Below are positions 1 to 8,810 of a stretch of 32,000 nt of DNA, in pieces (position 1 is the stretch's first letter; the number at the start of each line of letters is the position of its first letter). The stretch is taken from NCBI RefSeq assembly GCF_000195955.2, contig NC_000962.3, positions 3,630,001-3,662,000 of the forward strand, in the 5' to 3' direction. The DNA comes from Mycobacterium tuberculosis H37Rv (GTDB lineage: Bacteria > Actinomycetota > Actinomycetes > Mycobacteriales > Mycobacteriaceae). The position numbers and the translations under genes are program-made. The notes under the pieces were generated by a model, which worked only from the letters and a program-made list of their open reading frames with translations, was not told the origin of the DNA and did not search any database.

Positions 1-387
1 ATCGGGCTTGGCGACACCGGTCAACAGCGAGATGACCAACGGATCTGCCGCCGACTCGGCGAAGAACGACCGAAAGCCCTGCAGGAACGCTTCGTAAAAG
101 TTGCCGACGTTGGCGTCCAACGATGCATGGACGTTGTCCACTAATCGGTCGGCCAGGCGCAGCGCGTATCCCTGCGCCAGGCCTTGCCGGGAACCGAATT
201 CGTTGTAGATGGTCTGCCGGCTGATGCCCGCCGCGCGGGCCACGTCGGACAGCGTGATGGCGGACCAGTCGCGGGTCAGCAGCAGATCCCGCATCGCATC
301 CAGCACCGAATCCCGCAACAGGGCCCGCGAGGCCTCGGCATAGGGTATCCGCTTCACAGGCGCGACAGTAGCGCTTGGAGTGCTCAC
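1..387 (-). CDS. TetR-family transcriptional regulator (Rv3249c-like). Only the N-terminal 129 codons are present; the 3' end runs off the window.
   Basis: Absent from the ORF track because there is no stop in the window. Manual reverse translation from GTG (387-385) gives [83 protein letters not shown]..., a canonical TetR helix-turn-helix. The frame stays open to position 1. The GTG overlaps the rubB stop (GTGA at 384-387). Confidence 0.85.
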   Translation of the reverse strand, partial: MSTPSATVAPVKRIPYAEASRALLRDSVLDAMRDLLLTRDWSAITLSDVARAAGISRQTIYNEFGSRQGLAQGYALRLADRLVDNVHASLDANVGNFYEAFLQGFRSFFAESAADPLVISLLTGVAKPD

Positions 388-566
388 GAGCGAGCCACCT
401 CCACCATCTCGAAATCCGACTTTGCCGCACCGCAATCCGGGCAACTCCAGTCATCGGGGATGTCGTCCCAGCGGGTGCCGGCCGCGATGCCGTCCTCCGG
501 CCAACCCAGCGCCTCATCGTACTCAAAGCCGCATTGGATACAGCGGAACAGTTTGTAGTCGTTCAC
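384..566 (-). CDS. rubB: Rubredoxin RubB (60 aa)
   Basis: ORF track 384..566. It has two Cys knuckles (CIQCG and CPDCG) and the WDDIPDDW core typical of rubredoxins. The GTG start at 566 lies 7 nt after GGAGGG, which sits in the rubA 3' end. Confidence 0.93.
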
Positions 567-570
567 TTAG

Positions 571-738
571 TTACCCTCCTATCTTTTCGAAATCGACCTT
601 CTCGCGCACCGCGCAGTCCGGGCAGCACCAGTCGTCGGGAATTTGATCCCAGCCTGTGCCGGCTGGGAAGCCTTCCCTGGCATCACCGTTGGCCTCGTCG
701 TAGACGTAGTCGCAGACCGGGCACCGGTAGGCGGCCAT
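571..738 (-). CDS. rubA: Rubredoxin RubA (55 aa)
   Basis: Below the ORF-track size cutoff. Manual translation from ATG (738-736) to TAA (573-571) gives MAAYRCPVCDYVYDEANGDAREGFPAGTGWDQIPDDWCCPDCAVREKVDFEKIGG, with CPVC and CPDC knuckles. Its ATG shares one base with the alkB TGA stop (738-740). Confidence 0.9.
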   Translation of the reverse strand: MAAYRCPVCDYVYDEANGDAREGFPAGTGWDQIPDDWCCPDCAVREKVDFEKIGG

Positions 739-1988
739 CATGCCGAGGCTCCGTAACGGGCGAGTGCCTTCTCCCGCACGCGCGGGTGCAGGTTAACCCG
801 AGTGATATCGCCGCCGTAGTGCTCCAGCACCCGGTGATCCATTACCTTGCGCCACAACGGCGGGAAGTAGGTCAGCGAGATCATCGATGCATACCCACTG
901 GGCAGGTTGGGCGCACCCGCCATGCTCCGCAGTGTCTGATAGCGGCGAGTGGGGTTGGCGTGGTGATCGCTGTGTCGCTGCAGGTGGTAGAGGAACAGGT
1001 TGGTGACGATGTGGTCGGAGTTCCAGCTGTGCACCGGGGCGCAGCGCTCGTAGCGGCCGTTGGCGCTCTTCTGCCGTAGCAGTCCGTAGTGTTCGAGGTA
1101 GTTGACGGCCTCTAACAGGCTGAAGCCGAAGACTGCCTGGATGATGACGAACGGGATCAGCGCCGGGCCGAAGACCGCGATCAGCCCACCCCACAACACC
1201 ACCGACATCAGCCACGCGTTGAGCACGTCGTTGCGCAGATACGTCATGGGATTCCAGGGGCTGACGCCGAGCCGACGCAGCCGTTGGGCCTCCAAATGAA
1301 CGGCCGAGCGCAAGCCGCCGATAACACTGCGGGGCAGGAACTCCCACAACGTCTCGCCGAACCGCGCCGACGCCGGGTCCTCCGGTGTGGACACCCGGAC
1401 GTGATGGCCACGGTTGTGCTCGATGTAGAAGTGCCCGTAGCAGGTCTGGGCGAGGGTGATCTTGGACAGCCACCGCTCCAGCGAATCCTTCTTGTGCCCC
1501 ATTTCGTGGGCGGTGTTGATACCGACGCCGCCAAGCACACCGACCGACAGCGCCACCCCAAGCTTGCCCGCCCAGCTCAAGGCGCCGTCAAAGCCGAGCC
1601 AACTGAGGTTTGCGGCGGTGAACAGGTATGCGCCCAGCACCACGCTGAGGTACTGGAACGGGATGTAGATGTAGGTGCAGTAGCGGTAGTACTTGTCATT
1701 CTCCAGCCGGTCGGTCACCTCGTCGGGCGGGTTCTGCCCGTCGGGCCCGAAGCGTAGGTCAAGAAGCGGCAACAAGACGTAGAGCAGGATCGGTCCGATC
1801 CACAGCGGCACCTGCGCGGCGGCGTGCCAGCCGAGCTGGTTCATCCCCCAGATCAGCGGCAGCATCACCACCAAGGCCGTCGGGGCGATGAGGCCCATAA
1901 GCCACAGGTAACGCTTCTTGTCCCGCCACTCCTCGACTTCGGGCGGCCGGGGGGCTTCGGGTCCACCAGAGCCGATTTGCGTGGTCAT
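738..1988 (-). CDS. alkB: Integral-membrane alkane 1-monooxygenase AlkB (416 aa from ATG 1988)
   Basis: ORF track 738..2012. The histidine boxes HEMGHK, EHNRGHH and LQRHSDHHA of the membrane di-iron hydroxylase family are present, with hydrophobic N-terminal segments. I prefer ATG at 1988 (MTTQIGSG...) because GAGGAGG lies 8 nt upstream. The track's GTG at 2012 has no such site. Confidence 0.93.
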   Translation of the reverse strand: MTTQIGSGGPEAPRPPEVEEWRDKKRYLWLMGLIAPTALVVMLPLIWGMNQLGWHAAAQVPLWIGPILLYVLLPLLDLRFGPDGQNPPDEVTDRLENDKYYRYCTYIYIPFQYLSVVLGAYLFTAANLSWLGFDGALSWAGKLGVALSVGVLGGVGINTAHEMGHKKDSLERWLSKITLAQTCYGHFYIEHNRGHHVRVSTPEDPASARFGETLWEFLPRSVIGGLRSAVHLEAQRLRRLGVSPWNPMTYLRNDVLNAWLMSVVLWGGLIAVFGPALIPFVIIQAVFGFSLLEAVNYLEHYGLLRQKSANGRYERCAPVHSWNSDHIVTNLFLYHLQRHSDHHANPTRRYQTLRSMAGAPNLPSGYASMISLTYFPPLWRKVMDHRVLEHYGGDITRVNLHPRVREKALARYGASA

Positions 1989-2028
1989 ATGCCAAACCTC
2001 CTCATGAGCCACACCACGTTGGGATTTG

Positions 2029-2069
2029 ACAATAGAGCAGTTTGCGTCTTATGTCTAGACATATAACGC
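2029..2069 (-). promoter_or_regulatory. Predicted alkB promoter (-35 TAGACA, 17-bp spacer, -10 TATTGT) overlapped by a 26-bp palindromic operator
   Basis: The minus strand reads GCGTTATATGTCTAGACATAAGACGCAAACTGCTCTATTGT. TAGACA is at 2057-2052 and TATTGT at 2034-2029. TATGTCTAGACATA (2050-2063) is a perfect 14-bp palindrome. It extends to 2044-2069 with 11 of 13 arm pairs matching. The site lies in the 108-bp AT-enriched gap upstream of alkB. Confidence 0.45.
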
Positions 2070-2096
2070 AATTTGTAAATACGCGGCGAAGCTAGT

Positions 2097-3584
2097 TCAA
2101 CACCTCCGGGTCGCGCTCTCTCGAGCTTGCCGAAGGCCCTGCGCCGAGTGCCGGCGCCCGTAGCCGACATAAATCGCGGTTCCGGCCACCAGCCAGATCC
2201 CGAACCGGATCCAAGTCAACGCGGTGAGGTTCAGCATCAGCCACAGGCACGCGCACACTGCGGCGATCGGAAGTAACGGCACCCACGGAGCTGTGAACCC
2301 CCGCTGAAGGTCGGGTCGGGTCCGGCGCAGCACGACCACTCCGGCCGAGACGAGGATGAACGCGAACAGTGTCCCGACGTTGACCATCTCCTCAAGCTTG
2401 GTGATCGGAAACACCGACGCCGTCGTGGCCACCAACACCGCGACCAGCACCGTGACCCGGACCGGGGTGCCGCGCGAACCGGTCTTGGCCAATTGCCGCG
2501 GCACCAAGCCGTCGCGCGCCATGGCGAACAGCACGCGGCATTGCCCGAGCATCAACACCATCACCACCGTGGTAAGCCCGGCCAGCGCGCCGACGGAGAT
2601 GATGCCGCTGGCCCAGTACACCCCGTTGGCCTGGAACGCGGTGGCCAGATTTGCCGGCCCGCGGCCCGGTACGGTCCGCAGTTGGGTGTATGGAACCATG
2701 CCCGACAGCACCACCGATACCGCGACGTAGAGAAGGGTCACGACCCCCAGCGACGCGAGAATCCCTCGAGGGACGTCTCGTTGAGGACGCTTGGTCTCCT
2801 CGGCCATGGTGGCCACGATGTCAAACCCGATAAACGCGAAGAACACGATCGATGCCCCGGCCAGCACGCCGTACCATCCGTAGTGGCTGCCTTGGGCTCC
2901 GGTCAGCAACGAGAAGACGGATTGATCGAGCCCGCCGCCGTGGTGCTGGACTTCGGGCTCGGGAATGAACGGCGAGTAGTTGGCGGCCCTGATGTAGAAG
3001 GCACCGACGACCACCACCAAGACGACCACCGACACCTTGATTGCGGTGACCACCGCGGAAAATCTCGACGACAATTTGGTGCCCAACGCGATCAGGGTCG
3101 CCACCAACGTGACGATCACGAGCGCACCCCAGTCGAGCTGCAGCGATCCGAGATGGCCTGTGCCATTACCGAATCCGAACACGGTGCCCAAGTAGCTGGA
3201 CCAGCCTTTGGCGACCACGGCCGCACCCATCGCCAGTTCCAGCACCAGATTCCAGCCGATCACCCAGGCCAAGAACTCCCCGAAGGTGGCATAAGAGAAG
3301 GTATAGGCGCTGCCGGCCACCGGCAGCGTCGAGGCGAACTCGGCGTAGCACAGCGCGGCCAGCGCACAGGTCGCCGCCGCGATCAGAAACGATATCCAGA
3401 TGGCCGGGCCGGTGATATCGCCAGCGGTCGACGCGGTAACCGTGAATATTCCGGCGCCAATCACCACCGAGACGCCGAAAACAACCAGGTCCCACCAGGT
3501 GAGGTCCTTGCGCAGCCGAGTGGTGGGCTCGTCGGTGTCGGCGATTGACTGTTCTACCGACTTCATGCGCCGTCGACCGGCCAT
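2097..3584 (-). CDS. APC-superfamily (cationic) amino-acid permease, 495 aa (Rv3253c-like)
   Basis: The ORF track entry 2097..4298 is over-extended. The upstream 238 aa are Arg/His/Pro-rich and antisense to the next gene. The membrane protein starts at MAGRRRMKSVEQSIADTDEPTTRLRKDLTWWDLVVFGVSVVIGAGIF (ATG 3584, GAGAGGA 8 nt upstream). It is followed by about 12 hydrophobic segments typical of amino-acid/polyamine permeases. Confidence 0.88.
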   Translation of the reverse strand: MAGRRRMKSVEQSIADTDEPTTRLRKDLTWWDLVVFGVSVVIGAGIFTVTASTAGDITGPAIWISFLIAAATCALAALCYAEFASTLPVAGSAYTFSYATFGEFLAWVIGWNLVLELAMGAAVVAKGWSSYLGTVFGFGNGTGHLGSLQLDWGALVIVTLVATLIALGTKLSSRFSAVVTAIKVSVVVLVVVVGAFYIRAANYSPFIPEPEVQHHGGGLDQSVFSLLTGAQGSHYGWYGVLAGASIVFFAFIGFDIVATMAEETKRPQRDVPRGILASLGVVTLLYVAVSVVLSGMVPYTQLRTVPGRGPANLATAFQANGVYWASGIISVGALAGLTTVVMVLMLGQCRVLFAMARDGLVPRQLAKTGSRGTPVRVTVLVAVLVATTASVFPITKLEEMVNVGTLFAFILVSAGVVVLRRTRPDLQRGFTAPWVPLLPIAAVCACLWLMLNLTALTWIRFGIWLVAGTAIYVGYGRRHSAQGLRQARESATRRC

Positions 3585-3638
3585 GCACCCGTCCTCTCGC
3601 ACTCGTTGTGACCGCACAGTACTGGGTACTCTGCGAGG

Positions 3639-5063
3639 ATGACGGGTCGCGTAGGGAACCCGAAGGACCACGCCGTGGTGATCGGAGCTAGCATCGCCGG
3701 GTTGTGCGCCGCGCGGGTGCTCTCGGACTTCTACTCCACGGTGACGGTTTTCGAGCGCGACGAGTTGCCGGAAGCGCCGGCGAACCGGGCCACGGTCCCT
3801 CAAGACCGACACCTGCACATGTTGATGGCCCGCGGGGCGCAGGAATTCGACAGCCTGTTCCCCGGCCTGTTGCACGACATGGTGGCCGCGGGCGTGCCCA
3901 TGCTTGAGAACCGGCCGGACTGTATCTACTTGGGCGCCGCCGGCCATGTCCTCGGGACGGGGCATACCCTGCGCAAGGAGTTCACCGCCTACGTGCCCAG
4001 CCGGCCGCACCTGGAATGGCAGCTGCGGCGACGGGTCCTGCAGCTCTCCAACGTCCAGATTGTGCGGCGCCTGGTCACCGAGCCACAGTTCGAGCGCAGG
4101 CAGCAGCGAGTGGTCGGCGTGCTGCTGGATTCCCCTGGTAGCGGCCAAGATCGGGAACGCGAAGAGTTCATAGCTGCCGACCTTGTCGTCGACGCAGCCG
4201 GCCGGGGTACCCGACTGCCGGTTTGGTTGACGCAGTGGGGATATCGGCGGCCGGCCGAAGACACCGTGGACATCGGCATCAGCTATGCCAGCCACCAATT
4301 TCGCATTCCCGACGGGCTGATCGCCGAGAAGGTGGTGGTCGCCGGCGCCTCACACGATCAGTCGCTGGGGCTAGGCATGCTGTGCTACGAGGACGGCACC
4401 TGGGTCCTCACCACCTTCGGGGTGGCCGATGCCAAACCGCCGCCGACTTTCGACGAGATGCGTGCACTCGCGGACAAACTGCTGCCGGCCCGCTTCACCG
4501 CCGCGCTGGCGCAAGCCCAACCGATCGGCTGTCCGGCGTTTCATGCTTTCCCAGCCAGCAGATGGCGTCGCTACGACAAGCTGGAACGTTTCCCGCGCGG
4601 AATCGTCCCGTTCGGCGATGCGGTGGCCAGCTTCAATCCCACCTTCGGGCAGGGCATGACGATGACCTCACTGCAAGCCGGCCACCTACGACGGGCGCTC
4701 AAAGCCCGCAACTCAGCTATGAAAGGCGACCTGGCCGCCGAACTCAATCGGGCCACCGCCAAGACCACCTATCCGGTGTGGATGATGAACGCAATCGGCG
4801 ACATCAGTTTCCACCACGCCACCGCTGAGCCCCTTCCCCGATGGTGGCGCCCAGCCGGTTCGCTGTTCGACCAATTCCTCGGGGCCGCAGAAACCGATCC
4901 TGTTCTCGCCGAATGGTTTCTGCGACGGTTTTCGCTGCTGGACAGCCTGTACATGGTGCCGTCGGTACCGATCATCGGTCGCGCCATTGCTCACAATCTG
5001 CGATTGTGGCTAAAAGAGCAGCGTGAGCGTCGGCAACCCGTCACAACCCGACGGTCGCCCTGA
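3639..5063 (+). CDS. FAD-dependent oxidoreductase/monooxygenase-like protein, 474 aa (Rv3254-like)
   Basis: ORF track 3639..5063. An N-terminal dinucleotide-binding fingerprint is present (HAVVIGASIAGLCAARVL...VTVFERD). The exact start is uncertain: GAGG abuts the ATG. Confidence 0.8.
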   Translation: MTGRVGNPKDHAVVIGASIAGLCAARVLSDFYSTVTVFERDELPEAPANRATVPQDRHLHMLMARGAQEFDSLFPGLLHDMVAAGVPMLENRPDCIYLGAAGHVLGTGHTLRKEFTAYVPSRPHLEWQLRRRVLQLSNVQIVRRLVTEPQFERRQQRVVGVLLDSPGSGQDREREEFIAADLVVDAAGRGTRLPVWLTQWGYRRPAEDTVDIGISYASHQFRIPDGLIAEKVVVAGASHDQSLGLGMLCYEDGTWVLTTFGVADAKPPPTFDEMRALADKLLPARFTAALAQAQPIGCPAFHAFPASRWRRYDKLERFPRGIVPFGDAVASFNPTFGQGMTMTSLQAGHLRRALKARNSAMKGDLAAELNRATAKTTYPVWMMNAIGDISFHHATAEPLPRWWRPAGSLFDQFLGAAETDPVLAEWFLRRFSLLDSLYMVPSVPIIGRAIAHNLRLWLKEQRERRQPVTTRRSP

Positions 5064-6267
5064 ACAGCTTGGCGGGTTGGCCGGCGGTCAGCCGGATCGG
5101 GCCGTCGTCGGCCGCCACCCAGGCGGCCGTGCCGCGCTGTAGCGTGAGCGACCCGCACTTCCCGTGCACCGTCGCCGAACCCTCGGTGCATAACAAGATC
5201 TGTGGACCGTCATGGCCGGACGACGCGTCGACCTCGTGGCCGAGGTGATCGCCGTCGAGCACCAGTAGCGTGGCCGCGAACTCATCGGTGGGCGTCTCAA
5301 AGACCAGCCCCAGCCCCTCGCGCCGGATCGGGGGCCGCAGCCGAGCCTTCGGCGTGGGGGCGAAGTCCAGCACCCGCAACAACTCGGGCACATCGACGTG
5401 CTTAGGGGTAAGTCCACCGCGTAACACGTTGTCGGAGTTGGCCATCACTTCCACACCGAAACCACGCACATAGGCGTGCAGGTTGCCGGCCGGCAGGAAG
5501 ATCGCCTCCCCAGGAGCCAAGCTGATGCGGTTGAGCAACAACGCCGCCAGCACACCGGCGTCGCCGGGATAACGTTCGCCGAGTTCCAGCACTGTCTTGG
5601 CTTCGGCGCCAAATTCCGTTGCGCCGGAGCTGACGTACTGGATAGCGCCGTCCAGCACGGCAGGCACCAGCACGTCGATGTCGGGCTGGGGTGCGGTAAT
5701 CCAGGTGGTGAACAGCGCACGCAAACCATCGGCATCGGACCCCTCGCTCAGCAAGTCGATGAACGGGTCGAGGTCGGATACGGCCAGCGCCCGCAGCAGC
5801 TCGGTGGTGCGAGCCGCCTCCCGGAATCCGGCCAGCGCCTCGAACGGCTGCAGCGCCACCAATAACTCTGGCTTGTGACTGGTGTCGCGGTAGTTGCGGA
5901 CGGGTGAGGACACCGGAATGCCCATTCGCTCTTCCCGCAGGTAGCCCTCAACCGCCTGCTCGGCGCTCGGATGGGCCTGCAACGATAGTGGCTCGTCGGC
6001 CGCCAACACCTTGACCAAGAACGGCAACACATCGCCGAATCGCGCGCGCGACGCGGAGCCGAGCTGCCCCTCCGGATCCGCGACCAACGCTTCGAGCAAC
6101 GAGGTTTGGCCATGCGGCGTCTGCAGCCAAGCCGGATCACCCGGGTGTGCACCGAACCATAGTTCGGCCTCGGGGTGAGCGGCCGGCACCGGACGCCCGG
6201 TGAATTCGGCGATAGCGGTGCGCGATCCCCAAGCGTAGGTGCGTAACGCGCCACGTAGCAGTTCCAC
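5041..6267 (-). CDS. manA: Mannose-6-phosphate isomerase, class I (408 aa)
   Basis: The ORF track entry 5041..7005 is over-extended and W/R/P-rich upstream. The real product starts at GTG 6267 (VELLRGALRTYAWGSRTAIAEF...). It carries PMI type I motifs LSLQAHP and HKPELLVAL..LAGFR. GAGGA lies 11 nt upstream. Confidence 0.9.
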   Translation of the reverse strand: MELLRGALRTYAWGSRTAIAEFTGRPVPAAHPEAELWFGAHPGDPAWLQTPHGQTSLLEALVADPEGQLGSASRARFGDVLPFLVKVLAADEPLSLQAHPSAEQAVEGYLREERMGIPVSSPVRNYRDTSHKPELLVALQPFEALAGFREAARTTELLRALAVSDLDPFIDLLSEGSDADGLRALFTTWITAPQPDIDVLVPAVLDGAIQYVSSGATEFGAEAKTVLELGERYPGDAGVLAALLLNRISLAPGEAIFLPAGNLHAYVRGFGVEVMANSDNVLRGGLTPKHVDVPELLRVLDFAPTPKARLRPPIRREGLGLVFETPTDEFAATLLVLDGDHLGHEVDASSGHDGPQILLCTEGSATVHGKCGSLTLQRGTAAWVAADDGPIRLTAGQPAKLFRATVGL

Positions 6268-6274
6268 CGGCGAT

Positions 6275-7315
6275 CTATCCTCGCACCAGTCGCAGATACA
6301 CGGCGGCCATCTCCAGCCGAACGGCCAATACCGCCCCCCCGGATCCCACGGGGGCGTCGAGCAGCTCCGGCACATCCTCAGCCGCGACCAGATAGGCGTC
6401 ATCGAGCCCGGCAACCCGAGCGGCCACCACCGTCCGCTCGCCGGCCAGCGCCAGCGCCAACACCCGCAGCCGCTGCGGTGCCGGCCCATCGATTTCCTCG
6501 TCATGGAACAGCGCATCCGGCGGCGTCCCGGCACGTAGCGCCACAACCGCATCCGAAAGCCTGGTAGCGGCCACAACCTGGTTTGCGATCCGCAGCATGA
6601 CCGAACTCCCATGCCGGGCCAGCGCCAGCGTCGCGGCATTGTCTCCAGCCAGGGCCAGCTGGCAACCGGAAACGCGAGCGGCAAGTGCCTTGGCCGGGTT
6701 GGTGAACACCTCTCGGCCGGCGCTGTTGCGGAGCGCCTCAGCATCCAGCTCGTCTGCCAGCGACGCCAGATCGATGCGCAGCTTGGGATCCACGGTTTGC
6801 AAGGCCGCCAGACCCGCGGCCAGGTACCGGGACAACCCGAACTCGTCAGGAACCCGCAGCCGCGGTTCCAGCACCGCGACGCGACCGGCCGTGCTGTCCC
6901 GCAGCGGACCCTCATACGGTGCCACCACGACAACCCGCGCGCCCCTGCGCACCCCGATCGCGGCGGCCCCGACCAGCGCCGGGTCGCCGGGGTCGTCGCC
7001 GGCAACGATCAGCACGTCAAGCGGCCCGACCCAGGGCGGCGCCGCACTGGCGAGCACGATCGGCTCGGCGGCCCCGGCACCTAGCGTCGAGGCCAGGATG
7101 GTCCCGGCGGTCTCAGCGGTCCCCCGGCCGGTCACCCAGATCACCGAGCGGGGACGGTCACTACCGCGCAGCAAGTCCAGTTCGCCCTCGTCGGCCGCGG
7201 CAGCGATGGCACGCACCTGTGCGCCGGCCATCGATGCGGCCCGCAGCAGGGCACCCCGGTCGGCAGCGATCAGGCCTTCGGTGTCCTCGAGATCGATCGC
7301 CCGGGCGACGTTCAC
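6275..7315 (-). CDS. Conserved hypothetical protein, 346 aa, possibly SIS/sugar-isomerase-like (Rv3256c-like)
   Basis: ORF track 6275..7315. Ala/Gly/Val-rich soluble protein with high GC3. It sits between pmmA (4-nt overlap, 7312-7315) and manA (7-nt gap). The fold assignment is from memory of this family and is not visible as a motif. Confidence 0.75.
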   Translation of the reverse strand: MNVARAIDLEDTEGLIAADRGALLRAASMAGAQVRAIAAAADEGELDLLRGSDRPRSVIWVTGRGTAETAGTILASTLGAGAAEPIVLASAAPPWVGPLDVLIVAGDDPGDPALVGAAAIGVRRGARVVVVAPYEGPLRDSTAGRVAVLEPRLRVPDEFGLSRYLAAGLAALQTVDPKLRIDLASLADELDAEALRNSAGREVFTNPAKALAARVSGCQLALAGDNAATLALARHGSSVMLRIANQVVAATRLSDAVVALRAGTPPDALFHDEEIDGPAPQRLRVLALALAGERTVVAARVAGLDDAYLVAAEDVPELLDAPVGSGGAVLAVRLEMAAVYLRLVRG

Positions 7316-8709
7316 GGTCCGGCCTTCGCATGTGCGCTCTGGGCAGCGATTTCAGCGCTGACCTGACGTACCACCGCGTCAACGTCCCCGACGCTGCGGC
7401 CCTCCACATTGAGCCGCAGCAACGGCTCGGTGTTTGAGCTGCGCAGGTTGAACCAGCTGTCGTCGCCTAAGTCAACGGTCACGCCATCGAGGTGATCAAT
7501 ACTGACAATCCGGTTGCCGAACGATTTCAACACGGCCTCCACACAGGCCGAAGAGTCGACCACGGTGAAGTTGATCTCGCCGGAGGATTCATAGCGTTGG
7601 TAGTCCGCGGTCAACTCCGACAGCGGTCTGCTCTGCTCACCGAGGGCGGCCAGCACATGCAGTGCGGCCAGCATTCCGGAATCGGCACCCCAGAAGTCAC
7701 GGAAGTAATAGTGCGCCGAATGTTCACCACCGAAAATCGCCCCGGTCTCGGCCATCAGTGCCTTGATATAGGAGTGCCCAACCCGCGAACGCAGCGGCGT
7801 ACCGCCGCGCTCGGCGACCAGCTCGGGCACCGCGCGGGAGGTGATCACGTTGTGGATGATGGTGGCGCCGATCTCCCGGTTGAGTTCCCGCGCGGCCACC
7901 AATGCGGTAACCGTCGACGGCGAGACCGGCTGGCCGCGTTCGTCGACCACGAAGCAGCGGTCGGCGTCGCCGTCGAAAGCAAGCCCGATATCGGCGCCGG
8001 TGTCACGCACATAGGCCTGCAGATCCACCAGGTTCGCCGGGTCCAGCGGATTGGCCTCGTGATTGGGAAACGATCCGTCGAGCTCAAAATACGAGGGCAA
8101 CAAGGTGATCGAGTCGATCACCCCAAGGACCGCCGGCGCGGTGTGACCGGCCATGCCGTTGCCGGCGTCCACGGCCACCCGCAACGGACGTAGCCCCGAG
8201 GTGTCCACCAGCGATCGCAGGAACGCCCCGTAGTCGACCAGCACGTCCTGGTCGGCAATGGTTCCGGGCGTCCCGTCGTATCGTGCGACGCCGGCGATCA
8301 GGTCGTCACGGATGGCGGTCAGCCCGGTATCGGCTCCGACTGGTTTGGCGGCGGCCCGACACATCTTGATGCCGTTGTATGCCGCCGGGTTGTGGCTCGC
8401 GGTGAACATCGCTCCCGGGCAGTCCAACAGCCCCGAGGCGAAATAAAGCTGATCGGTGGACGCCAAACCAACTCGCACCACGTCGAGGCCCTGCCCGGTC
8501 ACCCCGGCCGCGAACGCGTCGGCCAGCGACGGCGAACTGTCCCGCATGTCGTGACCGATCACCACTGGTCGCGCATCCTCGGTCCGCATCAACCGCGCGA
8601 ATGCGGCGCCGAGATCGGTAACCAGCGACTCGTCGATCTCTTCGCCGACCAGCCCGCGTACGTCGTAAGCCTTGATAACGCGGTCCACAGCCGCGGCGGG
8701 CCAAGACAT
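7312..8709 (-). CDS. pmmA: Phosphomannomutase / phosphohexomutase (465 aa)
   Basis: ORF track 7312..8709. It has the active-site loop TASHNPAAYNGIK, the Mg site FDGDADR and the sugar-binding GEHSAH. AGGAG lies 7 nt upstream of the ATG. Confidence 0.95.
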   Translation of the reverse strand: MSWPAAAVDRVIKAYDVRGLVGEEIDESLVTDLGAAFARLMRTEDARPVVIGHDMRDSSPSLADAFAAGVTGQGLDVVRVGLASTDQLYFASGLLDCPGAMFTASHNPAAYNGIKMCRAAAKPVGADTGLTAIRDDLIAGVARYDGTPGTIADQDVLVDYGAFLRSLVDTSGLRPLRVAVDAGNGMAGHTAPAVLGVIDSITLLPSYFELDGSFPNHEANPLDPANLVDLQAYVRDTGADIGLAFDGDADRCFVVDERGQPVSPSTVTALVAARELNREIGATIIHNVITSRAVPELVAERGGTPLRSRVGHSYIKALMAETGAIFGGEHSAHYYFRDFWGADSGMLAALHVLAALGEQSRPLSELTADYQRYESSGEINFTVVDSSACVEAVLKSFGNRIVSIDHLDGVTVDLGDDSWFNLRSSNTEPLLRLNVEGRSVGDVDAVVRQVSAEIAAQSAHAKAGP

Positions 8710-8760
8710 GCGCGGGCTCCTGACAACCTAGATTTTCTGCGACTCTTGGCCGCCAGCCTA

Positions 8761-8785
8761 TCGGCCCGCGAACGACGCGGGCCGA
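8761..8785 (-). terminator. Perfect 10-bp stem / 5-nt loop hairpin 25 nt downstream of the Rv3258c stop (tail-less, mycobacterial-type terminator candidate)
   Basis: TCGGCCCGCG-AACGA-CGCGGGCCGA at 8761-8785. There is no U-tract. It lies in the 101-bp gap between Rv3258c and pmmA. Confidence 0.4.
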
Positions 8786-8810
8786 ATCGGTCTCGAACAG
8801 CATGGGAAGA

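Noticed and set aside
2026-2031. Perfect TTGACA hexamer on the plus strand in the alkB upstream gap.
   Set aside because: It points into the 3' end of the convergently read permease gene. There is no good -10 at 17-18 bp (TTATGT/TATGTC) and no downstream plus-strand gene.
2493-3548. 351-aa plus-strand ORF antisense to the amino-acid permease.
   Set aside because: It is Arg/His/Gly/Asp-rich and low in complexity, and lies entirely inside a well-supported membrane-protein gene on the other strand. This is the typical shadow ORF of 65% GC DNA.
3618-3630. Short inverted repeat AGTAC-TGG-GTACT in the 54-bp divergent gap between the permease and the FAD protein genes.
   Set aside because: Arms of only 5 bp are expected by chance, so it is not strong enough to call an operator.
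3585-4298. The 5' extension of the permease ORF (track 2097..4298). The same applies to the extensions of manA (to 7005), ctpC (from 20451), Rv3271c (to 23566), Rv3272 (from 23085) and pacL1 (from 19985).
   Set aside because: The extensions run antisense through or into neighbouring genes and have non-protein-like composition. Internal starts with SD sequences give products whose N-termini fit the families.
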